64,000 nt of DNA from Thermodesulfobacteriota bacterium (GTDB lineage: Bacteria; Desulfobacterota; Desulfarculia; JACQYL01), in assembly GCA_963675595.2 (NCBI GenBank), contig CAXXLZ010000002.1, positions 3,744,001 through 3,808,000 on the forward strand. The letters are read 5' to 3'. The notes below the pieces were generated by a model, which had not been told where the DNA came from, made no database searches, and saw only the letters and a program-made list of their open reading frames with translations. Positions 19,609 to 27,751 of this stretch are shown here, one piece after another. The stretch's first letter is position 1. Each line of letters starts with the position of its first letter. The position numbers and the translations under genes are program-made.

Positions 19609-19624
19609 AGCAAGATTCGAGCCA
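19609..19624 (-). promoter_or_regulatory. Sigma54 (-24/-12) promoter
   Basis: TGGCTCGAATCTTGCT: GG-N10-GC with TTGC, about 50 bp upstream of the ATG. Confidence 0.75.
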
Positions 19625-19767
19625 GGGAATAGGGAGGCGGAAACCGTTGGGAATCAGTGATGAACTGCGCTGGGAGTGCGTTGGGACCCCTTACAGGTGG
19701 GCGAGAAATAACCGGGAGGGAGGCAGTTTTTTCGCTATCGGGCCAATGTCGTGGTCGGTGAGGTGAG

Positions 19768-20424
19768 TCACCACGGTGACAGCCGTCCGTCTCTCAGCGT
19801 CATTCCATCCGTGGCCGTTCGCGACAAGAAATCTCGGTGGTGGGACACGATGATCATGGCGATGGGTAGGTGGATGAGAATATTCGTAAGCCGGTCCAAA
19901 GTGTTTTCGTCCAGCCCTGAATCCGGTTCGTCCAGAAGGAGGACGTCCGGCTGCATGGCCATGACCGCGGCAAGAGACACGAGTCGCTTTTCGCCGCCGG
20001 ACAGCCGATGGGTGATGCGTTCTTCGTAGCCGTGCAGCCCCAGGGCGTCGAGAGCGGTGTGCGCGGCCTCGAGCGCTTCTTCCCTGCTCTTCCCCAGGTT
20101 CAAAGGGCCGAAGCTCACGTCTTCGATCACGCTCGGAGAAAATAACTGATCTTCCGCGTCCTGAAACAGTAATTGCACCCGTTTTCTTACCTGGAAGAAA
20201 TCGGTTTCCGTGCTGCACGGACGATCAAAGACTTCCACCGACCCTGAAACGGGACGGAGCAGCCCAACGATCAAGTGAAGGATGGTCGTCTTGCCTCCCC
20301 CCGTGGCGCCCGCCAAGCCCAGGCGTTGTCCCGGAAGCAATTCGAGATCAAGGCGGTCCAGAACCCATTTCCCGGGTTCATAGCCGAAGCGGATTTGGGA
20401 GAGTCGTATCAGGGGGTCGTTCAA
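19768..20424 (-). CDS. cbiO: ECF-transporter ATPase CbiO/NikO
   Basis: GATGGGKT, LLFQDAEDQLF, LSGGEKR, LLDEP; TTG start overlaps the cbiQ stop. Confidence 0.9.
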   Translation of the reverse strand: MNDPLIRLSQIRFGYEPGKWVLDRLDLELLPGQRLGLAGATGGGKTTILHLIVGLLRPVSGSVEVFDRPCSTETDFFQVRKRVQLLFQDAEDQLFSPSVIEDVSFGPLNLGKSREEALEAAHTALDALGLHGYEERITHRLSGGEKRLVSLAAVMAMQPDVLLLDEPDSGLDENTLDRLTNILIHLPIAMIIVSHHRDFLSRTATDGMTLRDGRLSPW

Positions 20425-21170
20425 AACCAGTCCTTCCAGACCAAGGTCGTGAACACTAAAAGGGCGGAAGCGGAGAAGATGAGGTCCGCGCGAGAAAGCG
20501 TGAAATTCTCCAGTACGTAGAATTTGCCTTGAAATCCCCTGCACTTCATGGCGGCGAGAATGCGATGAGATCGGTCGAAACTTTTCACCATGAGCATGGC
20601 CACCAGATAGGCCAGGCTGCGATATGTATGAAGGTTCATGCGTGGATGGAAACACCTCATTTTCATGGCGGTGAGCAATCTGCGGTACTCGTGTTCAAGC
20701 ACGTCGATGTAGCGAACGGTGAAAAGGAAAAGGTGCGTCAGTTTATCCGGAACGTGCAAACGGCTCAAGGCATGGCCAAGCTTTACGGCATCCATGGTGG
20801 CCATGAAAAACGTCATGAGGAGCACGACGGCATTGCCTTTGACCGCGATGAGCAGGGCCTGAGTCAGTCCTTCCCGAGTATAGGAAAGGAAGCCCCATTG
20901 AAAAATAGGGGTCCCCGGAGCAGAGAGCGGAAGGACGAGTACCAACAGAACCATGAACACGTTCACTTCCTTAAGCCTTCGGGCTACCATGGGCAAAGGG
21001 AGGCGACACGCGGAGATGAGGAGAAGCGAGAACACCAGGCAGAAAACGGGAACGGCGAAGGAGGGGCTGATGGCCGCAGCAAAGGAAAATATGAACGCGC
21101 AGACGATGCGTACCCGTGGGTCGAGCCTGTGTACAAAGGAGTCACCGCGAAGAAAATGATCACAAGCCAC
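20421..21170 (-). CDS. cbiQ: Co/Ni ECF transporter T component CbiQ
   Basis: HRLDPR, RYIDVL, AMKMRCF, AMKCRGF. Confidence 0.92.
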   Translation of the reverse strand: MACDHFLRGDSFVHRLDPRVRIVCAFIFSFAAAISPSFAVPVFCLVFSLLLISACRLPLPMVARRLKEVNVFMVLLVLVLPLSAPGTPIFQWGFLSYTREGLTQALLIAVKGNAVVLLMTFFMATMDAVKLGHALSRLHVPDKLTHLFLFTVRYIDVLEHEYRRLLTAMKMRCFHPRMNLHTYRSLAYLVAMLMVKSFDRSHRILAAMKCRGFQGKFYVLENFTLSRADLIFSASALLVFTTLVWKDWF

Positions 21171-21171
21171 G

Positions 21172-21774
21172 TTATGCTCGTTTTCTGCTGTTGATGTAGA
21201 AAACCACTCCCGCCAAACCGAAAAGATATCCGATACCGCCCAGGATATCGTGAAGCCTTACCCGGTTCTCGTAACGTTCGATTTGTTCCCGCAGGGGGAC
21301 GATCTGTTTGGCAACGATTTTTTCCAGGGCCGAGGCTTGTATGACCCCTCCGGAATTGACCGGTGCCTTGGACTCAACTACGGCGTTTGGGGCTGAGGCC
21401 TTTTCCGAGGCTTCAGTGATTTCCGGCGCGGATGAATCGGCCGTTTCCGGGACTCCGAGTTCTTCGGCTGAAAGGGTGTATTCCGCCGCATGGCCGTCCC
21501 CGAGATCGGCCACAATGTGATGCGCGACGACGGCGGAAGTTTCGAAGGTGAATTCGCCTTGACCGTTGGTGGTCGTCCGACCGAGAAGGGTTCCATCGGG
21601 AGCCTCAAACCGAACGGAAACATTTTGGGCTCGCCCCCCACCGGGAAAATAGACGTATCCGGATATGGTTTTCCCTTCAGCCCAAGCGAAAAGATTGACT
21701 TTATGGGCCAGGCCGGTGGTAACGACCAGGCAGAGAGACAGCATCAGCGCTGCGGCAGTGAAATTTCTAAGCAT
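21172..21774 (-). CDS. CbiL/NikL-like accessory component
   Basis: Signal peptide then AHKVNLFAW, DGHAAE, C-terminal HDILGGIGYLFG TM. Confidence 0.8.
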   Translation of the reverse strand: MLRNFTAAALMLSLCLVVTTGLAHKVNLFAWAEGKTISGYVYFPGGGRAQNVSVRFEAPDGTLLGRTTTNGQGEFTFETSAVVAHHIVADLGDGHAAEYTLSAEELGVPETADSSAPEITEASEKASAPNAVVESKAPVNSGGVIQASALEKIVAKQIVPLREQIERYENRVRLHDILGGIGYLFGLAGVVFYINSRKRA

Positions 21775-22402
21775 ATGCGGGCCCCTTGATGCTTGACGCG
21801 ATCGGAGCTTCCAGGATTTCAGGCCGAACCTTGCGGAGGAAGACCACCGCGGAACCCGTAATTAGTCCTTCAATTACCATGACGGGGAGATGGGCGACAA
21901 CGATCAATTTGACCACCGTGACAAAATTTCCGCTGGAAGCCAACAGCGAAAGCCCCACCAGGACTGCGCCCAGGGCGATTCCGGTCACGCCCGCCGCCGC
22001 GCCCATCCAGAACGCAATTTTGAGGGGTCGGTTTCGGATCATGCTTCCATAAAGGTAGTAACAGAGTACGCCTGGAGCGGCCATGAGCACGGTGTTCACA
22101 CCCAACGCGGTCAGGCCGCCGAAGCCGAACAACAAGGCCTGGAGGAACAGGGCCACGAGCAGGGCCGGAAAGGCGGCCCAACCCAGCATTACTCCGCACA
22201 GGCCGTTGAGAATGAGGTGAACGCTGGACGGTCCGATGGGAACGTGAACCAGCGAGGCGACAAAAAATGCCGAAGACATGACCGCCACCTGCGGTACCCG
22301 GTCATAGTCCATCTTCTTAAGACCCACGGCCACTCCCGCGGCGGCCAGAACCGCTCCTCCCAAAAGAACTTGTGACGCGAGGGCTCCCTCGGCTACATGC
22401 AT
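21767..22402 (-). CDS. cbiM: Co/Ni ECF transporter S component CbiM/NikM
   Basis: MHVAEG N-terminus, FFVASLVHVP, SVHL, GGLTALGVN. Confidence 0.93.
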   Translation of the reverse strand: MHVAEGALASQVLLGGAVLAAAGVAVGLKKMDYDRVPQVAVMSSAFFVASLVHVPIGPSSVHLILNGLCGVMLGWAAFPALLVALFLQALLFGFGGLTALGVNTVLMAAPGVLCYYLYGSMIRNRPLKIAFWMGAAAGVTGIALGAVLVGLSLLASSGNFVTVVKLIVVAHLPVMVIEGLITGSAVVFLRKVRPEILEAPIASSIKGPAYA

Positions 22403-22436
22403 TCGGCGTACCTCCCGAACTTGTTGGAAGTCTCAA

Positions 22437-22559
22437 CAGGCTGGTAGAAAATGCGATCCGCGAAGTTGCGCTTCATCCCCCGTCACTGCGGCGTGCTCTA
22501 TGCTCGCCTTATCCTTCGGGATCTGTGCGCCCTGCAGGTCATCATTTCTTAGCATCCTG
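22437..22559. mobile_element. 123-bp MITE-like element
   Basis: Imperfect terminal IRs CAGGCTGGTAGAAAATG / CAGGATGCTAAGAAATG (13 of 17 match); internal palindromes; no credible ORF. Confidence 0.6.
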
Positions 22560-22714
22560 CGGCAACCGGACTCTTTCAACGAACTGCAGCAAAAGACTGC
22601 GGGCGTTCCGGTCGGTCGAACATTTTGCCGGGCGAAGCGCGGTGCGCCGTCGCCCGGTGACAAAGCTGTGTTGAAACGAGTGGATCATCAAACCATTCCG
22701 GAAGCTCCGGAGCG

Positions 22715-23506
22715 CTATTTCATATCCACCGTATGGACCCAGATCAGAGCGCCGAGTTCGACGCCCACCGGCTTGCCTTCAGGGTTCTTGATCTCTTTGT
22801 CGCCTTCCAGCAGGGCGGCGAAGGACCACCAGCCCGCCCTGGGCATGGCATAGGAAAAGACGCCGTTTATGTCGGCTTTGATTACCTGGGTGACAAAGGG
22901 GTCCGCCGGCACGGCGACCTTGCCTCCCGGGTTCAGATATTCCACTTCCACTTCGGCGAAGGGTGCGGGTTTTCCGTTTTGAATGACGACCCCCCGGAAA
23001 AGGTTCCCGGTCCACAGGCCGTAAGGACGCACCAGGGGTTGAATCTCCACGGGGAAGCCCACCATGTCGTCCCACCCTGACTCCGCGCCCATGGCGTCCA
23101 CCACTACCTTGGTGTAGTGAATGATCATGACGCCTTCCGCGGGTTCCCAGTAGGGCGCGGGTTCGATGTAAAACACGTAGTCCGACGGCCTCTTTACCTT
23201 GAAAGAGCTCTTGTAGGCCGTCTTACCGTCCACTTTGACGGCCTTCAGGTCATTCTTGAGATCATGCTTCTTGCCGTCGTACAAAACCCCGAACTGGACC
23301 GGCGCTCCCATTTCCATTACCGGTCCGTCGTCCATGGGATGGGTGAACACAATATCCAGGTCCACGGTTTTCGGTCCATCGGCGGTGACGATGTCCGTGG
23401 AGGGTACCAGAACCTGGAAATGGGCCTGAGCCGTACAAACGGAAAACAGAAACAAGGCGACGGTCGCGAAGATGAATCGGATGGGGTTTCTTGATATCAG
23501 AGACAT
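22715..23506 (-). CDS. DUF4198 periplasmic protein (NikK-like metal-uptake component)
   Basis: AQAHFQ, FTHP, EPAPYWEPAE, PYGLWTGN, WWSFAAL. Confidence 0.88.
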   Translation of the reverse strand: MSLISRNPIRFIFATVALFLFSVCTAQAHFQVLVPSTDIVTADGPKTVDLDIVFTHPMDDGPVMEMGAPVQFGVLYDGKKHDLKNDLKAVKVDGKTAYKSSFKVKRPSDYVFYIEPAPYWEPAEGVMIIHYTKVVVDAMGAESGWDDMVGFPVEIQPLVRPYGLWTGNLFRGVVIQNGKPAPFAEVEVEYLNPGGKVAVPADPFVTQVIKADINGVFSYAMPRAGWWSFAALLEGDKEIKNPEGKPVGVELGALIWVHTVDMK

Positions 23507-23588
23507 CTGTGTTCTCCTTTTTTCTATTCATTGGGTTCAAGGGGGCGGCGGATTTCGGCCCGGTTTGAATGCCGTTGCCGAAGAGTGC

Positions 23589-24851
23589 TTAAAATTCAAC
23601 GGCAAGTTGGCTCGTGAACATGTCCCGACTGTCCAGAGCGTCGTCGTTGTCGTCGAACTCGCCGTGCAGGTATTCAATGGACCAGGTGGTCCCGGGATAC
23701 AACTCGTAGGCGAACGCCGCACCGTACTGGCTTTCGGGCAGAAGCGCGTAAAGGTCCTTGGTCCCTTCGTACTTGACCGCCACCTGGAATCGTTCCAGGA
23801 ATTGATAGGCCAACTCGAAGTTCCACGCTGCCGGCCTGGGCTTCTTTTCGGTATCATCCAACACCGCGAACCCGAGCTCTCCGCGTTCAAATTCGGACAG
23901 CGCGGTAAGGTACTCTCCCGCGAGGGAGAAATCGCCCACATTGATGGTGGCGAATACCGAGATTCCTCCCACCAAGTCCTTGAGGGTGTCCACGGCGACC
24001 TCCTCTTGGAGTGTATCCGTGTCCGCCATGTTGCTGAGGTATCCAACCCCGGCGTTGACCTGGAATGGTCCCAATGAACCTTCCGGATTGAACACCTGGA
24101 CATTGGCCCAGAAGCTGTTCAGGTGGTCGTTCTCTTCGGTGGAGACTTCGCCGTTGAACACGCCCGCGGCGGCGTAAGCCCAAGGGCCTGAATACCCTAT
24201 GGCAACGGCGCTTTGCTGGAGTTCACCCAATTCCAATGTCAGGGGGTCCGAAATGAAGTAGCTGTCGAAGTTGCCGAAATGAGGATAGAATCGACCGCCC
24301 ACGAGGAAGAATGGGAAGTTCGCGGCTCCTCCCAAGGTGATGGTTCCCTCGTCCACGAGCAGGCCTTCACTCTCATCCTCTTCCCAGAGCAGGATCATGT
24401 GGGCGTTGACGTATTCATGGATTTGAGCATCGAATTCAAGTTGGGCGGTCGCCAAGGTGATATCGCTGCTCTCCTCATCCTTTTCTCCGCCTTTTTTGTT
24501 CAACTTGGTATAGTTGGCCTCCACTTCGAGAATTCCGTTAATGGAAACCCTCTGCATGATTTCGTCCAACACGCTTCCGAACTCTTGATGCTTTTTGCCC
24601 AATTCTTTCAAATGTTCGGTAAGTCGCTGATTTTCTTCCCTTATTTGTTTATATCCGCCATCCTGAGTCTGACGACTCTCCTGTGTTCTCTGTTCCAAGA
24701 TTTGCTCAAGTTGTTTCACGCGCTCCTGCAACGCCCTCAGTTCTCTTAAGACCTCGTCGTCGGACATCTGAGCCTGAGCGTAGGCCGGAATGGACAACGA
24801 CATCACCAGCAGGATTGAGAGCGCGCCGAACAGACAATTCCGCAATCGCAT
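23589..24851 (-). CDS. LbtU-family outer-membrane porin with N-terminal coiled coil
   Basis: Signal peptide, coiled coil, INGILEVEA, VDEGTITLG, FISDPLTLELGE, terminal QLAVEF. Confidence 0.82.
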   Translation of the reverse strand: MRLRNCLFGALSILLVMSLSIPAYAQAQMSDDEVLRELRALQERVKQLEQILEQRTQESRQTQDGGYKQIREENQRLTEHLKELGKKHQEFGSVLDEIMQRVSINGILEVEANYTKLNKKGGEKDEESSDITLATAQLEFDAQIHEYVNAHMILLWEEDESEGLLVDEGTITLGGAANFPFFLVGGRFYPHFGNFDSYFISDPLTLELGELQQSAVAIGYSGPWAYAAAGVFNGEVSTEENDHLNSFWANVQVFNPEGSLGPFQVNAGVGYLSNMADTDTLQEEVAVDTLKDLVGGISVFATINVGDFSLAGEYLTALSEFERGELGFAVLDDTEKKPRPAAWNFELAYQFLERFQVAVKYEGTKDLYALLPESQYGAAFAYELYPGTTWSIEYLHGEFDDNDDALDSRDMFTSQLAVEF

Positions 24852-24911
24852 GATGATTCTACTCCTTTCCTGATACCGGAGAAGCTTTCACCGTCGTCCC
24901 ATGAAGACGAC

Positions 24912-24957
24912 AAAAAAAAGCCTCGAAGGTTTCCTTCTGGAAAGATGCCTTCGTGGC
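24912..24957 (-). terminator. Attenuator-type terminator in the 5' leader of the Co/Ni uptake operon
   Basis: Minus strand GCCACGAAGG...CCTTCGAGGC followed by T8, 60 bp upstream of the porin start. Confidence 0.75.
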
Positions 24958-25236
24958 CTTGGAGCTTCGTTCGTATATTCGGGCAAAACGGGAAAGCCCG
25001 CAGGGGCTTAATGAGTCGCACCGCCGAGGCGGCAGCCGGGTTCTCCTGGCAAAGAGCTTTCAAAGCTCAATTAACGCCATATCAAACAGAATCGGAAGAA
25101 TTTGTCAACCGGGTTTTTTCTGGGAAATCACGACCCTTGTCTCCGGTTCCGGTGTAATCTCAAAGAATCCGTTCCGACTCACCAAGGGGATGTGCTAAAC
25201 TCCGGCCCGTACGGTCGGCAACGTTTTCTTCACAAC

Positions 25237-25911
25237 ATGGATGAGGGATGCGTGTTTGTAACGTTCGAGGGCATTGACGGCGCCGGTAAGACCACGCAGG
25301 TTCGGCTGCTGGAAAACGCGTTGAAACGAAAGGGAATCCCCGTGCTTTGCACACGGGAGCCCGGGGGGACGGCTATGGGAGCGGCGATTCGATCGCTGTT
25401 GCTGGACTCGGGGCCCGACGAGCCGGTGATCGAGGCCGAGCTGTTTCTGATGCTCGCGGATCGGGCTCAACACGTGCGGAAAGTCGTTCTGCCCGCACTG
25501 AAGAACGGTGCTTGGGTGATTTCCGATCGTTTCTCGGACGCCACACCGGCTTACCAGGGGTATGGAAGAGGTTTGGACCTTGCCTTTCTGGTCCGTATGA
25601 ACTCATTGGCGACCGGAGGCCTGGAGCCCTCGCTGACCTTTCTTTTGGACTGCTCGGAAAAAACCGCCGTGCGGCGGATTCGGCAGAGACTGGGAGCTCT
25701 CGTCGGCGAGCGGGAAGGGGGACGCTTTGATCTGGAATCCGCGGCCTTTTTTCGAAGAGTGAGAGAAGGGTACTTGGCCTTATCCGGATCGGACAAAAGA
25801 AACCGGTTCCGAGTCATGGATGCGGAACGATCTCCGGAGGAACTTCATCGGCGCATTCTTGAATTCGTCGAAGAGTTGATGGAAGGCGGCGCATGGCCTT
25901 CGAGCAGGTGA
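25237..25911 (+). CDS. tmk: Thymidylate kinase
   Basis: FVTFEGIDGAGKTT, TREPGG, SDRF..AYQG. Confidence 0.95.
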   Translation: MDEGCVFVTFEGIDGAGKTTQVRLLENALKRKGIPVLCTREPGGTAMGAAIRSLLLDSGPDEPVIEAELFLMLADRAQHVRKVVLPALKNGAWVISDRFSDATPAYQGYGRGLDLAFLVRMNSLATGGLEPSLTFLLDCSEKTAVRRIRQRLGALVGEREGGRFDLESAAFFRRVREGYLALSGSDKRNRFRVMDAERSPEELHRRILEFVEELMEGGAWPSSR

Positions 25912-26891
25912 TCGGCCACGGACGCCAACTGGATTTATTGCGTCGTGCCATCCGAAACGACGCCCTGCATCACGGCCTGCTGATTACCGGAATTCCCGGA
26001 GTGGGCAAGCGGACGCTGGCGAGGGCCGTGGCTTGCGCTCTGCTTTGTGAAGGCCGAACCGGGGATGCCTGCCTGACGTGCGCCGCTTGTCGCCGCATGG
26101 AGCGGGGAGTACATCCCGATGTCGTTGAAGTGGTGCCGGAAGGCAAGTTTATCAAAATCGAACAGATCAGGGAGGTCCGCAAGACCCTGCTGTTCTCTCC
26201 GGTGCTTGGACCGCATCGAGTGATTTTGATTCTCGAAGCGCAACGGATGAACCTGGACGCCGGCAACGCTTTGCTCAAGAGTCTCGAAGAACCCCCCGAA
26301 GGAAATTTTTTCATTCTCACGGCACCCGACGAAAGGGCTCTTCTACCGACCATTGTCTCCAGATGCCGGCGCATCGAGCTCAATCCGCTTCCCCTGCGGC
26401 TGCTGCTGGATGTCCTGATCAACCGGGAAGGTGTGCCGAGAGATTCGGCGTCGGTGATTGCGGCAACATCCGGAGGGAGCCTCGGGAGAGCCTTGGAATC
26501 GGTCCCGAACGAAGAAAAAAAGGACGCCGGCATCGTCGCTGTGGGAGAAAGAATTTCGGCTGAGTTGCAGGGATTGAGGGAAAGTGATATTAAAATAATT
26601 TTGTCCATTGCAAAGCGTTGGAGCGAGCTTCCTGAAGAAGAGGAGCGGCTTCTGGATTTGGTTCGGTCCCGACTGAGGCAGCGGCTGCTTGACGGGAAAG
26701 CCGGGCAGATGGGAACGGGCGGCTCCTCAAGGGAAGAGGCCTGCGAAGACCTCCCCTTGCGGCCTGTGGACGCTCGGGAAGTCTTTATGCAGTTGGAGGC
26801 CGTTCAGGAAGCATCAAAGGCATTCAGGAAGAACGCCAACAAACGCTTGGTATGGGAAATCCTGCTGTTGCGTTTGGCGGGACACGGTTAA
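25893..26891 (+). CDS. holB: DNA polymerase III delta' subunit
   Basis: GIPGVGK, Zn-finger cysteines, HPD, NALLKSLEEP, LPTIVSRC. Confidence 0.93.
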   Translation: MAFEQVIGHGRQLDLLRRAIRNDALHHGLLITGIPGVGKRTLARAVACALLCEGRTGDACLTCAACRRMERGVHPDVVEVVPEGKFIKIEQIREVRKTLLFSPVLGPHRVILILEAQRMNLDAGNALLKSLEEPPEGNFFILTAPDERALLPTIVSRCRRIELNPLPLRLLLDVLINREGVPRDSASVIAATSGGSLGRALESVPNEEKKDAGIVAVGERISAELQGLRESDIKIILSIAKRWSELPEEEERLLDLVRSRLRQRLLDGKAGQMGTGGSSREEACEDLPLRPVDAREVFMQLEAVQEASKAFRKNANKRLVWEILLLRLAGHG

Positions 26892-26905
26892 AGGGATTCC
26901 GGCGC

Positions 26906-27751
26906 ATGGCAAAAGTGGTGGGAGTGCGTTTTCGCCCCTATGGAAAGACCTACAATTTCGACAGCGGTCACTTCGTTCTGAACATCAGGGACAGAGTGAT
27001 GGTGAAAACCGACATGGGCATGAGTCTCGGAATGGTGGTGAGACCGCCGAAGGCCGTGGAAGAGGATCAGCTTCCCAATGAGCTCAAACCGGTTTATCGC
27101 CTGGCCACGGAGGAAGACATCCAGCGTCACGAGAGGAATTGCGAAGTCGAGCGGGAGGCTCATGCCTTCTGTCAGGAGTGCATACGCAATCGTAAGCTGG
27201 ATATGAACCTCGTCATGGTGGAAATGCTGTTCGATAATTCGAAAATGATTTTTTACTTCACTGCGGAAGGGCGCATCGATTTCAGGGAAATCGTCAAAGA
27301 CCTTGTACAGAGATTTCGCACTCGCATTGAGATGCGGCAGATCGGTGTTCGCAACCAGACGAAGATGGTCGGCGGAATCGGAAGCTGCGGGAGAGAGCTC
27401 TGCTGTACCCTGTTCATCGATAAGTTCGAGCCCGTCTCCGTAAAAATGGCTAAAGAACAACAACTCTCTTTGAATCCCTCCAAGATCTCGGGTTTGTGCG
27501 GTAGACTCATGTGTTGTTTGTCTTATGAATACAGCCAATATGTGCAACTCCGCGAAGTCATGCCGAAGTGCGGTGAACGGGTCGAAACCAAGTGCTGCAA
27601 AGGCAAAGTGATTCGTCAGAACGTGCTGAGATCCACCGTCTCCGTGTTCGGAGACGACGGCAAGGAAGTGGAAGTGCCCCTGGCGGAGTTGCGGGAACCC
27701 GTCAAACCCTCGGGAGGGAAGAAGAAGCCTGATAAGGAATCTCGTTCATGA
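26906..27751 (+). CDS. PSP1/YaaT (RicT) family protein
   Basis: FYFTAEGRIDFRE, RIEMRQIGVR, GSCGRELCC, SGLCGRLMCC. Confidence 0.93.
   Translation: MAKVVGVRFRPYGKTYNFDSGHFVLNIRDRVMVKTDMGMSLGMVVRPPKAVEEDQLPNELKPVYRLATEEDIQRHERNCEVEREAHAFCQECIRNRKLDMNLVMVEMLFDNSKMIFYFTAEGRIDFREIVKDLVQRFRTRIEMRQIGVRNQTKMVGGIGSCGRELCCTLFIDKFEPVSVKMAKEQQLSLNPSKISGLCGRLMCCLSYEYSQYVQLREVMPKCGERVETKCCKGKVIRQNVLRSTVSVFGDDGKEVEVPLAELREPVKPSGGKKKPDKESRS

Noticed and set aside
20425-20655. N-terminal extension of cbiO
   Set aside because: Overlaps cbiQ out of frame; TTG at 20424 coupled to the cbiQ stop is more plausible
24980-25000. GGGCAAA..GAAA on the plus strand resembling a c-di-GMP-I riboswitch
   Set aside because: The second stem and GCAAA/receptor elements are missing; it is only a simple hairpin
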